A program made the position numbers and the translations under genes. Source: Candidatus Saccharimonadota bacterium (lineage in GTDB: Archaea; Micrarchaeota; Micrarchaeia; Micrarchaeales; Micrarchaeaceae). From it: a stretch of 32,000 nt of DNA. Where the stretch lies: NCBI RefSeq assembly GCF_002214165.1, contig NZ_CP019964.1, positions 900,001 to 932,000 on the forward strand. The letters run 5' to 3'. The notes beneath the pieces were generated by a model. The model made no database searches, was not told the origin of the DNA, and saw only the letters and a program-made list of their open reading frames with translations. Shown piece after piece: positions 1-7,771 of the stretch (its first letter is position 1; every line of letters starts with the position of its first letter).

Positions 1-366
1 CCTCATTATAATATCGTTCTTGTTGGCACTTGTATGTATTACGACCAACTTTGTTTCGTCAAAACCTTTGTTTATCGCGTTTGCTACTGCTGAACTTAAG
101 ATGTTCTTCACGATCTTTGCGCACCTTTTGGGGTATCTCCCCTTATTTCCTCCAAGCTCGTGCCTTGAACCCATGCCCTTGTTGTGTTTCCTAAACCTTA
201 TAGGCTTATCCTCGTTTATTACATCGTTAAGGACTTTTAGGGCATAAGGTATGCTTTTGTACCTTATTGATTCGCATACTGCACCCAAGTCTTTGTAGCT
301 TGCATTAATGTCTGATCTACCTGCGAATGCGACCTTGTTTTTATCTCCATTATATGAAAAATTCAA
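1..366 (-). CDS. rpl22: 50S ribosomal protein uL22 (first 122 codons; 3' end runs off the window)
   Basis: Absent from the ORF track because it is open at the window edge. My minus-strand translation starts at a TTG at 366, preceded in frame by TAA. It reads ..NGDKNKVAFAGRSDINASYKDLGAVCESIRYKSIPYALKVLNDVINEDKPIRFRKHNKGMGSRHELGGNKGRYPKRCAKIVKNILSSAVANAINKGFDETKLVVIHTSANK.. This is the L22-like pattern (GRYPKR, NA..KG). It lies directly downstream of S19, as in the conserved operon. Confidence 0.8.
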   Translation of the reverse strand, partial: MNFSYNGDKNKVAFAGRSDINASYKDLGAVCESIRYKSIPYALKVLNDVINEDKPIRFRKHNKGMGSRHELGGNKGRYPKRCAKIVKNILSSAVANAINKGFDETKLVVIHTSANKNDIIMR

Positions 367-377
367 TTAAATCACCT

Positions 378-764
378 TTACTTCTGGGCCAAGAACTTGC
401 TTCCACGCGTTGCCCTTACTCCTGGAGCTGAGTGTACTACTCTTTTCGTTGTATATGCGAACTCTCCTAGTCTGTGGCCAAGCATGTTGGCAGTTATCTC
501 TAGGTTCTGGAAGTCTTTGCCTGTATAAACGGAAAATGTCAGCCCTACCCATGAAGGTAGTATTACCGCTTCCCTTAGGTGGGTGCGGATTGGTTTGCCG
601 TTCTTCCTGTGCTTTTTGACCTGTTCCATAATTTCCTTGAACTGCATCGAATTCCTCTTTATGAACCTTCTCTCCCTTGAATTGAGCATTTCCAAGTACT
701 GCTCATCGGTCAAACTCTTTGCTTGTTCTGACAATAATCCTCTATAAGCTACTCTTTCTACCAA
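378..764 (-). CDS. rps19: 30S ribosomal protein uS19
   Basis: 128-aa ORF with AYRG..., PIRTHLREAVILPSWVGLTFSVYTGKDF and GHRLGEFAYT motifs typical of S19. The TTG start at 764 lies 5 nt after the L2 stop. Its position between L2 and L22 fits. Confidence 0.9.
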   Translation of the reverse strand: MVERVAYRGLLSEQAKSLTDEQYLEMLNSRERRFIKRNSMQFKEIMEQVKKHRKNGKPIRTHLREAVILPSWVGLTFSVYTGKDFQNLEITANMLGHRLGEFAYTTKRVVHSAPGVRATRGSKFLAQK

Positions 765-768
765 TTAA

Positions 769-1476
769 TCACTTCTTCTTTCTTCCTGAACGCTTTGCAG
801 CCAAATTTCCAACCTTTCTTCCTGGTGGGGCATTTCTTGATGTCAAGCTACTCTTTCCTTTGTGGTGCTGCTTTCCACCGAAAGGATGGTCAACTGGGCT
901 CATCTTTACTCCACGGTTTACCGGCCAAAGGGCATTGATTGCATGCTTCATGTAATGGCTCTTTCCTGCTTTCATCAAAGGCTGGTCCTTCCTGCCTCCT
1001 CCTGCTATTACACCTATTTGTGCTTGGCAATTTTCGCTGAGCTCAATGTGAACTTTTGACGGCAGAGTCAATGATACCATGCCGTCTTTCCTTCCAGATA
1101 TAAATGCATATGAGCCTGCAGCTCTTACCATCTTTCCGCCGTCTCCTGGCTTAAACTCTATATTGTATATAGGCACCCCTTCAGGTATCTGTGAAAGAGG
1201 CATTATTGAACCTAATGAAAATGAATTCTCCTTGTTGAGATATATCTTGTCACCTATGCTAATCCCTTCCGGTGCTATCATATATCCAGTCTTAAAGTCT
1301 TCGTATACTATTTCCATCAGTGGGGCAGTATGCCCAGTATGGTTGAAGATATTTACAACTTCCGCTGCCTTGTCCTTTAAGCGTGGATAATTTACGCTGA
1401 TATCGAAAGTTCCTGGCAGCTTTGTATAAGCGCTGCTGCCTTTTCCTCTCCTTTGCTGCTTTAATTTTTTACCCAT
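769..1476 (-). CDS. rpl2: 50S ribosomal protein uL2
   Basis: MGKKLKQQRRGKGS..., GGGRKDQPLMKAGKSHY, WPVNRGVKMSPVDHPFGGKQHH are classic L2 motifs. I prefer the ATG at 1476, with GGTG 7 nt upstream. The ORF track starts at a GTG at 1485. Confidence 0.95.
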   Translation of the reverse strand: MGKKLKQQRRGKGSSAYTKLPGTFDISVNYPRLKDKAAEVVNIFNHTGHTAPLMEIVYEDFKTGYMIAPEGISIGDKIYLNKENSFSLGSIMPLSQIPEGVPIYNIEFKPGDGGKMVRAAGSYAFISGRKDGMVSLTLPSKVHIELSENCQAQIGVIAGGGRKDQPLMKAGKSHYMKHAINALWPVNRGVKMSPVDHPFGGKQHHKGKSSLTSRNAPPGRKVGNLAAKRSGRKKK

Positions 1477-1493
1477 TATTAACACCTATCAAT

Positions 1494-1745
1494 TTACACC
1501 AGTTTTAGCTTCATTGCTACGTCACTGGCATTAAACTCTTTTTTAAGCTTTATAAATGCATGCTTTTTGTTCTTTGGGGTATTTATTACCCGTACTTTGT
1601 CAACTTTGACATTGAACTGTTTCTCGAATTCCTTCTTTATCTCGTATTTTGTGGAGTCCAGATCAACTACATAAGTTATCATATTGTCTTTGCTTATCTC
1701 TGTTATCGCTTTTTCTGTTCCTATTGGATACATTAATATAGACAT
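1494..1745 (-). CDS. rpl23: 50S ribosomal protein uL23
   Basis: MSILMYPIGTEKAI...HAFIKLKKEFNASDVAMKL is L23-like, and the gene lies between L4 and L2. The ATG at 1745 follows a GAGGA. The alternative ATG at 1760 would overlap the L4 stop. Confidence 0.88.
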   Translation of the reverse strand: MSILMYPIGTEKAITEISKDNMITYVVDLDSTKYEIKKEFEKQFNVKVDKVRVINTPKNKKHAFIKLKKEFNASDVAMKLKLV

Positions 1746-1749
1746 ATTA

Positions 1750-2544
1750 TCATTCCTCATCTGCTGCCATCTGCCTTCCTACATCAAACTTTGCTATTGC
1801 ATTTGGCAGGTCTTTTATGGCGCTTTCACTAAATATTGCAACTTTTATCAAATCCCCTCCTGGAGCCAATTTATTTGCAGTAAGCTTTGATACTGAAGAT
1901 ATGTCCAATCCAGGTATGTTTCTTGCTGCTGTTAATATTGGTGATTTGTCCGAAACTACAAGTAAAGCAACATGTTTGTATTTCTTTTGTGTTGACAGTC
2001 TTCTCAGCCCTTTTCTTCTAGTAGGGCGTAATGCGGAGAATTTTTCTGAAAGTCCAAGCTTTGAAAGAAATTCTACTACGTCTTTAGTTTTTTCCAACTT
2101 GACTACTGCATCATCGATTACAATTGATTTGATTTCCTTTTCCCTGAGGATTCCAGATATTGCTGAATAGATTGCATTCTGGTATTCGTTTTTGTTTATA
2201 AGTTCTACTATCTTTTTCTCTATCTTATGTGGGTGTGCACGTCTTCCTTTGACAGAAGATGGTATACGCCTTACCTTTCCCTGTACCCCATCTCCTAATT
2301 TTTCCCTCGGCCTTATAGCTCTTCCCATGTGCCTTCCAGTTCTGTAAGAGCTGTATGCTCCATAGTATGCAGCAGTTGTCTGTATTCCTGCTAGGACTGA
2401 ATGTCCTTGTGGCTGCAATGTGTAAGTCTGTTCTGATATTACAGCACGTTTTATAAGCCAAGGCTTAAGCTTAATGCTAAAGGTCTCAGGCACATCTATC
2501 TCTTTCTCTTCCTTTCCATCTTTATCTAAAACAGGAACTTGCAT
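1750..2544 (-). CDS. rpl4: 50S ribosomal protein uL4
   Basis: MQVPVLDKDGKE..., SYRTGRHMGRAIRPR and RRAHPHK match the archaeal L4 pattern. I prefer the ATG at 2544. The track starts at a TTG at 2553, which overlaps the L3 stop. Confidence 0.9.
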   Translation of the reverse strand: MQVPVLDKDGKEEKEIDVPETFSIKLKPWLIKRAVISEQTYTLQPQGHSVLAGIQTTAAYYGAYSSYRTGRHMGRAIRPREKLGDGVQGKVRRIPSSVKGRRAHPHKIEKKIVELINKNEYQNAIYSAISGILREKEIKSIVIDDAVVKLEKTKDVVEFLSKLGLSEKFSALRPTRRKGLRRLSTQKKYKHVALLVVSDKSPILTAARNIPGLDISSVSKLTANKLAPGGDLIKVAIFSESAIKDLPNAIAKFDVGRQMAADEE

Positions 2545-2549
2545 AAAAA

Positions 2550-3509
2550 TCAACTTTGGCTACTTATATAATTCAAATTTACTTCCTTAATCCCTTTGCG
2601 CTTTCCGATCTGTGATTTTCTTACCCTGACTTCTCTTTTTGCAGTTCCGGGTATTGAACCACTTACCAGAAGATATTTGTTTTTTATCAAACCATAATTT
2701 TTAAATCCGGATTTTGGATTTATGTTGTCTACTGAGATATCTCCTATCTTCAATAACTCTTTATCTTTCTCTGTTCTATAATTGTAACCCATCTGACCTG
2801 CTCTTGGGACGGTGTAAAGTATTTTTCCAGGTGTGAATGCACCTAAAGTACCTACGTGACGGATTTTTTCTGTTGCCTTGTGGAATTGCCTCCTTATGCC
2901 TTTTCTCTTTATTTCTCCCTGCCATCCTTTCCCTTTGGTTATAGAAGCAAGATCTAAAAATTCACCTGCCTTAAATACCTCTTCGGGCTGGAGTTTCTTC
3001 CCTATAAGGCCTGATGCAAAATTGAAGTTCGATTCTATCGAACTGCCAATTATATAGCTTTCGTACTTTTGTATGTGGTTTTGGTCTGCTGATATTGATT
3101 TAGGATATGCAACGAGTAATAGAGAAACCTTGTGGTAATCTTTTATTTTGCTTTTGAAGTTTTCTATCGTGGATGTGTCATTTTTGACTTTTTTTAGGTT
3201 AATCTTTTCTGCTATCTTGCTATCATATATAGTTTCTGCTGCAACCACATATCTTGATTTAGGGTCTTTTTTATAAAGCCTTAATCCATAGACTTCAGTA
3301 TCTGGTATCTCAAGTACTGTAGCTCCTTTAAATGCTTCTACATTCAAAGCTGCTTTTGTATTTTCAATTAAGGTTACGCCTACCATGCCTGCCTTAAATG
3401 CCAACATACTTGAAAGGGCAGGACTGTCGTCTTTAGTTTTTATTTGCCCCCTTACTCTGGGTAACCGTCTTCTGGCTCTTCTACCGTTCCAAAATTGCAT
3501 TCCTGCCAT
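2550..3509 (-). CDS. rpl3: 50S ribosomal protein uL3
   Basis: 319-aa ORF with FKAGMVGVT, GKGWQGEIKRKGIRRQFHKATEKIRHVGTLGAFTPGKILYTVPRAGQMGYNYRTE, the L3 signature region. It is the first gene of the operon. Confidence 0.95.
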   Translation of the reverse strand: MAGMQFWNGRRARRRLPRVRGQIKTKDDSPALSSMLAFKAGMVGVTLIENTKAALNVEAFKGATVLEIPDTEVYGLRLYKKDPKSRYVVAAETIYDSKIAEKINLKKVKNDTSTIENFKSKIKDYHKVSLLLVAYPKSISADQNHIQKYESYIIGSSIESNFNFASGLIGKKLQPEEVFKAGEFLDLASITKGKGWQGEIKRKGIRRQFHKATEKIRHVGTLGAFTPGKILYTVPRAGQMGYNYRTEKDKELLKIGDISVDNINPKSGFKNYGLIKNKYLLVSGSIPGTAKREVRVRKSQIGKRKGIKEVNLNYISSQS

Positions 3510-3525
3510 ATTTATACGCCTAATG

Positions 3526-3536
3526 TTTTAAAAATT
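3526..3536 (-). promoter_or_regulatory. TATA-like box for the L3 operon, probably giving a leaderless or very short-leader mRNA
   Basis: The minus strand reads AATTTTTAAAA, centred about 22 nt upstream of the L3 ATG (3509), in the 94-bp gap after the Pcc1-like gene. Confidence 0.35.
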
Positions 3537-3603
3537 GTAAAGATAAACAGCTCTATGGTTTAATCTCTATCAATTTGAAACTATAAATTTATATATTTTT
3601 ACA

Positions 3604-3876
3604 TTATTTTGCTGCTTTGGATTGCAGCACCTTATTAGTCCCTTCTATTACTGAAAGGTCTCTTGTAATTGAATTGAATGATGCTCTCAGTGCGGATATG
3701 TCCGTGGCTGAAATATTTATCTGCAATAAATTTTCACTTTTTGATATATTAACTTTGGCACGGTCATAGCTTTCGAGATTGCCTTCAACCCTGCTTTCAG
3801 TTATGAATTTGTCATAAGGTATTGTAATTCTTGCATAGTACCTGAATTTGTTTTTATTGCTATTTTTAAATACCAT
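3604..3876 (-). CDS. KEOPS subunit Pcc1-like protein
   Basis: 90 aa. The C-terminal ...LLQINISATDISALRASFNSITRDLSVIE matches the Pcc1 hallmark (..AEDLSALRASLNSYLR.. in archaeal Pcc1, recalled from memory). Size and two-layer alpha/beta pattern fit. Confidence 0.55.
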   Translation of the reverse strand: MVFKNSNKNKFRYYARITIPYDKFITESRVEGNLESYDRAKVNISKSENLLQINISATDISALRASFNSITRDLSVIEGTNKVLQSKAAK

Positions 3877-3883
3877 AGAGTAT

Positions 3884-4393
3884 TCAGCTCTTTACCCTGT
3901 GGCGCTTTCCGCTGCTTGTAAGGCTGCGTTCGGCCCTGCCTTTCTGTTTGGCTATATCTTTGAATATAGGATCTTTTGTGATTACTGGATGTCCACTGTC
4001 AAGCAACATGACTTCGTAAAATTTATATGGACCTGTATCTCCTACATAGTAAGAATTCAGAACTTCGCAGTTCGAATATCTTTTGGTCGCACGAACTTCT
4101 GCTATTGATTGCATTGATGTTGCCCTCGAAAAGAATCTACCGTTCTTTGAAGGTTTTCTCCCTCCTCCAACCATCGCTCTTTTCTTCCTGCCTTTCTTGA
4201 CCTTTACCCTTACCACTATCAAGCCTTGCTTGTCTTTATAACCTAATTCTCTTGCACGTGGAAGATTGGTTGGTTTGTCAACTCTCATTATAGAGTTTTC
4301 TTTCCCCCATATAGCAAGCCTGTTTTTATATTCATCTGAACGTACTTTATATTCATTTATGAATGTGTTTCGGATATACTTGTATGCTCCCAT
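3884..4393 (-). CDS. rpl15e: 50S ribosomal protein eL15
   Basis: MGAYKYIRNTF...RVDKPTNLPRARELGYKDKQGLIVVRVKVKKGRKKR...YEVMLLDSGHPVI is an L15e pattern. Confidence 0.9.
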   Translation of the reverse strand: MGAYKYIRNTFINEYKVRSDEYKNRLAIWGKENSIMRVDKPTNLPRARELGYKDKQGLIVVRVKVKKGRKKRAMVGGGRKPSKNGRFFSRATSMQSIAEVRATKRYSNCEVLNSYYVGDTGPYKFYEVMLLDSGHPVITKDPIFKDIAKQKGRAERSLTSSGKRHRVKS

Positions 4394-4713
4394 TTAAATC
4401 ACAACTTATAGTTACTAAATTAGTAAAAAGCATTAGTTATTTTACACACAAATATAAAAATCTATACTATTTTTAAGGCTATAGCATATGCTTAGATTAA
4501 GATACTGAAAGGGTTTTTTGTTTTAATGTTTATGGTTTGCCCTTCTTTGAAAAATAATAGATAGGTACAATAAATTTTGTTCTCTGTGTTTCATAATTTT
4601 TAATAGAAATAGTGTAAAAATCGATAAAATTATGGGATAATTTTAGGTAAATCATTAACAAGATTTAAATAATATAAAAAGTAAAATAGTAATACTTTTA
4701 TAAGGTGTGTGCT

Positions 4714-5484
4714 ATGTCTAACAATATCAAAGTTCCAGGAAATGCAGGTAACAGAAAAAAAGTTAACCAAGTAAGCAAGAAAAAAGATATACTAAAAAAT
4801 AAAGTGTTGAATAAAGGGAAGGAAGTAAAAGTAATTCAGAAGTCTAATAAATTACCTTTGGTAAAGGATCCTTATAAAAGATTGGATAAAAAAGAGGCAA
4901 AGAAGAGCAAACCTGCCGATGCTAAAATGATAGAAAGTATTTATGGGACTACGGACATGCAGAAAAAGATAAGAGAAGTGATTCAAGATTTGGCAAGTAA
5001 TGAGGTTGTTACTACATATTTAAGCCAGAGAGTTAGCAAAAATTCGATTGATATAGTGAGAGAGTTGGTTAAGCCAAAGACTGATGACGAGATAGCTGAG
5101 GACTTGGATATGAAAATCAATTCAGTAAGGCGTATCGTCAATATATTACATACGTATGGATTAACTAATTACAGGAGAGAGAAGAATAAAGAGGGATGGG
5201 AATCATTTTATTGGTATATCAATATAAGAAAAATACCAGATTTTCTGAATTATGTGGTTTCTGTATCATCTACAAAACTGAACATAGATGAAAAATGTAA
5301 TGATTATTTTGTATGCAGTTATTGCTACAATGAGAACAGGATGATATTTAATTTTGATTCGGCATTTGAGGCTGACTTCAAATGTGTGAATTGTGGAGGG
5401 CCAATGATAAGGATAAGCAAACTGCAGGCTATAGATTTGGCCAAAAACAAGCTAAAGATAGAGGGGCTAAAGGTAAAGAAATGA
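4714..5484 (+). CDS. tfe: Transcription factor E (TFE alpha / TFIIE-alpha homologue) with a Lys-rich N-terminal extension
   Basis: Winged-helix region (..DDEIAEDLDMKINSVRRIVNILHTYGLTNYRREKNKEGWESFYWYIN..) followed by a zinc ribbon (CSYC...CVNCGGPM). The ATG at 4714 is preceded by AGGTG. The first ~85 aa are K-rich low complexity. Confidence 0.75.
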   Translation: MSNNIKVPGNAGNRKKVNQVSKKKDILKNKVLNKGKEVKVIQKSNKLPLVKDPYKRLDKKEAKKSKPADAKMIESIYGTTDMQKKIREVIQDLASNEVVTTYLSQRVSKNSIDIVRELVKPKTDDEIAEDLDMKINSVRRIVNILHTYGLTNYRREKNKEGWESFYWYINIRKIPDFLNYVVSVSSTKLNIDEKCNDYFVCSYCYNENRMIFNFDSAFEADFKCVNCGGPMIRISKLQAIDLAKNKLKIEGLKVKK

Positions 5485-5508
5485 CAGTTCTTTGCCAAAT
5501 TTCAGAAA

Positions 5509-5524
5509 CATTTAAATATTTGGA
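5509..5524 (+). promoter_or_regulatory. TATA-box-like element CATTTAAATATTTGGA upstream of tRNAi-Met
   Basis: AT-rich TTTAAATA core about 46 nt before the mature tRNA 5' end, which would give a short leader. The identical 16-mer recurs at 30378-30393, at promoter distance from another gene. Confidence 0.35.
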
Positions 5525-5560
5525 TTAAATAATTACTCAATAGTCTATTTGTAGTTTTGA

Positions 5561-5635
5561 AGCGAGGTAGGGTAGTCTGGAGTGCCCGCCGGGCTCATAA
5601 CCCGGAGGTCGATGGTTCAAATCCATCCCTCGCTA
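5561..5635 (+). tRNA. Initiator tRNA-Met (anticodon CAT), no intron
   Basis: Hand-folded cloverleaf:
- acceptor AGCGAGG/CCTCGCT
- D stem GGGT/GCCC
- anticodon stem CCGGG/CCCGG, loop CTCATAA
- T arm GATGG-TTCAAAT-CCATC
- discriminator A
The A1:U72 pair and three G:C pairs next to the anticodon loop are archaeal initiator hallmarks. Confidence 0.9.
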
Positions 5636-5690
5636 TAACATTTCTATTTTTCAATTAACAATTTTTATAAAAATAATTCGTAAAATTAAT

Positions 5691-5853
5691 ACCCCACACT
5701 TCCGGTATTCTGATTGCTTAAAAAAGAAACATTTAAAATAATAGAATTGTAATACTAAATTGCAATCAAAAGATAAAAATTATTTTATCTTTATATTTGT
5801 TTTTTTAATTGTATTATATATAATTAGTAAAGCTAATACCGGAAGTGTGGGGT
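5691..5853. repeat. 19-bp perfect inverted repeat (5691-5709 ACCCCACACTTCCGGTATT; 5835-5853 AATACCGGAAGTGTGGGGT) flanking a 125-bp spacer of ~15% G+C
   Basis: Checked base by base. The arms are exact reverse complements and the match stops on both sides. I counted 19 G/C in the 125-nt spacer. The right arm ends 7 nt before the Gins51-like ATG. Confidence 0.95.
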
Positions 5854-5859
5854 CTATGT

Positions 5860-6426
5860 ATGGAGGGTAAAATTGACTATTCGTCTATATGGAAATTAAG
5901 TGTACAGGAGGATCAGACTAATGAGCTCCAACCCTTAAGCAAAGATTTCTACGATAAATCAATTTCTTTAATAAATCAAATCAAAGATCCTGAAATGGGC
6001 CGCTCCCCAAAAGCAAATTCTCTTAAACTGTTAAATAAATTATTCGAAAAGCGTAAGCAAAAAATAACTATATACGCCGCTTATAATAAACCCCTTCCGA
6101 ACCCTATACCAAAAGAAGAGCAGGATCTTTATGTTGAACTAATAACATTGCTCAAAGGCGTAACACTGAATAAAAACCCTGCATCCGCTGAGTATCCTTA
6201 CACAAAAGAAGCATCAACTGAAAGAGGAGATGCGGAAAATGTAATTGAGCAACCGGAATACCTAAGTGAAGCAAAACAAGTCAAAGCTTTACAGGATATG
6301 CCAGAGCTATTACTACCATCCGGAAATAAAGTAGGCCCTGCGAATAAAGGCGACATAATAAAAATAAGCAACGAAAACGATATTAAATTCCTTATATCAA
6401 ATTCATTGTGCGAGTACAGCAGCTAA
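5860..6426 (+). CDS. GINS subunit, Gins51-like (A domain + C-terminal B domain)
   Basis: The pattern L..L.KDFYDK...LI..., LLNKLFEKRKQKI..YA and EEQDLYVELITLL resembles the GINS alpha-helical A domain. The C-terminal VKALQDMPELLLPSGNKVGPANKGDIIKISNENDIKFLISNSLCE resembles the Gins51 B domain. This is a recollection-based alignment. I prefer the ATG at 5860; the track starts at a GTG at 5845. Confidence 0.6.
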   Translation: MEGKIDYSSIWKLSVQEDQTNELQPLSKDFYDKSISLINQIKDPEMGRSPKANSLKLLNKLFEKRKQKITIYAAYNKPLPNPIPKEEQDLYVELITLLKGVTLNKNPASAEYPYTKEASTERGDAENVIEQPEYLSEAKQVKALQDMPELLLPSGNKVGPANKGDIIKISNENDIKFLISNSLCEYSS

Positions 6427-6662
6427 ATCTATAAAACCATTTATTATACAAAGTTTCTTTATTTAACCTCAAATTAACAAAAAGTATTTATAGATATATA
6501 TAGCTATATAAACAGGCATCATAACGTAAAGTTTAATAAGTTTTAACTTAAATTTTTACCAGGTTAAATTTTAAAACAAATGCTATCCAAGCTTTAATTA
6601 ACCAAGCTATAACAATTTATTTTTAAAATTAGCCTTATGTTTATCATTTAAATTGTGATAAT

Positions 6663-6944
6663 ATGAAAGTTCCAAAAGAAATCAATACCTACTGCCCAAA
6701 GTGTGACAAAGAGTCCACACATACCGTGAAGTTCTACACACAAAAACCTAGAGGAGGTCTTAGTGTAGGAACTAGAAGAAGCGAAAGAAAGAGAAAGGGA
6801 TACTTTGGAAAGGTAAAAGGACAAGCCACAGTAAAGAAAGTCTCAAAAAGACAGAAGGCAATATTAAAATGCAAGGTTTGCTCTTATTCTGTCGAAAGAG
6901 TTTTCGGAAACCGGACAAAAAAGAAACTAGAATATAAGATGTGA
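6663..6944 (+). CDS. rpl44e: 50S ribosomal protein eL42 (L44e)
   Basis: MKVPKEINTYCPKCDKESTHTV...GYFGK...KCKVCSY: zinc-ribbon L44e pattern, 93 aa. Confidence 0.9.
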   Translation: MKVPKEINTYCPKCDKESTHTVKFYTQKPRGGLSVGTRRSERKRKGYFGKVKGQATVKKVSKRQKAILKCKVCSYSVERVFGNRTKKKLEYKM

Positions 6945-6950
6945 TAATTG

Positions 6951-7745
6951 ATGGAAGAGCATACACCAAAATTTGGAGACCTTGTTATCGGAGAGATATC
7001 TAAGATTTCCCCTTTTGGTGCTTATTGCAAACTACTAGAATATAATAACCTAGAAACGTTCCTTCCTTTAAGGGAAATATCTTCTGGCTGGATAAAGAAC
7101 ATCCACGAATTTTTACATATTAACCAAAGGGTGGTTTGCAAAGTAATATACATAGATAAGTCAAAAGGGACTATAGATGTATCATTAAAGAAAGTCACTC
7201 CTAGAGATGCCAAAATAAAAATTAACAAATATACATTGGAGAAACGTTCAGAAGTCATAATCCAACAAGCCTTAAAAATGACCAATTTGGAGGGCAGAAA
7301 AGTTGAAATAATCAATTCAATATTGCAAGAGTTTCCAAACTATACCTCATTTTTATCAAAGCTGTCCGATTCCGGCGAACCCATTAAAGGATCTTCTGTA
7401 CCTGTTGCTTTACAAGAAGAAATATTAAGGTTGATTCAATCAAGCAGGAAAAAGAAAGAATATAAAGTATCATACATATTGACATTATCTACTTACGACC
7501 CTAAAAGCAGTATTGATAGCATCAAGCAGTCTTTGTCCGATGCAGAGTCTAAAACAGGGTGTGGTATATATTACATAAGCTCTCCAAGATATCACATATC
7601 TGCAGAAGCGGACAATTACCTTAATGCAGAAGAGAAAATAAAAAAAGCCTTGTCTATAATAAAAACAGAGCTTAAAGGTTTTGACATAGAGATGGAAAAA
7701 GAAAAAGTGAAGAAGGATAAGGAGGATATTATAAGCGAGCTTTAA
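6951..7745 (+). CDS. eif2a: Translation initiation factor aIF2 alpha subunit
   Basis: N-terminal S1 domain (GDLVIGEISKISPFGAYCKLLEYNNLETFLPLREISSGWIKNI...VVCKVIYIDKSKGTIDVSLKKV) followed by helical and alpha/beta domains. It lies beside L44e as in the conserved archaeal cluster. Confidence 0.9.
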   Translation: MEEHTPKFGDLVIGEISKISPFGAYCKLLEYNNLETFLPLREISSGWIKNIHEFLHINQRVVCKVIYIDKSKGTIDVSLKKVTPRDAKIKINKYTLEKRSEVIIQQALKMTNLEGRKVEIINSILQEFPNYTSFLSKLSDSGEPIKGSSVPVALQEEILRLIQSSRKKKEYKVSYILTLSTYDPKSSIDSIKQSLSDAESKTGCGIYYISSPRYHISAEADNYLNAEEKIKKALSIIKTELKGFDIEMEKEKVKKDKEDIISEL

Positions 7746-7771
7746 AGACCATATTTATTCGGGTGAATCTT

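Noticed and set aside
20-247. 75-aa plus-strand ORF at the left edge
   Set aside because: The minus strand across 1-366 encodes a clear uL22 N-terminal region in the expected operon position. The plus ORF is an F/L/S-rich antisense artefact.
367-619. ORFs 367..552 (-) and 410..619 (+) inside the S19 gene
   Set aside because: They are alternative-frame or antisense ORFs. The 378..764 frame has unmistakable S19 motifs.
862-2461. ORFs 719..955, 862..1059, 1079..1390, 1684..1890 and 1817..2170 (+), and 2225..2461 (-), within the ribosomal operon
   Set aside because: They are shadow ORFs opposite or out of frame with L2, L23 and L4. None has recognisable motifs.
4394-4704. A possible small RNA (C/D box or other) in the 311-bp L15e/TFE divergent intergenic region
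   Set aside because: I found a CTGA and a weak AAGGG/CCCTT stem, but no RUGAUGA box or convincing structure. There is not enough evidence to call.
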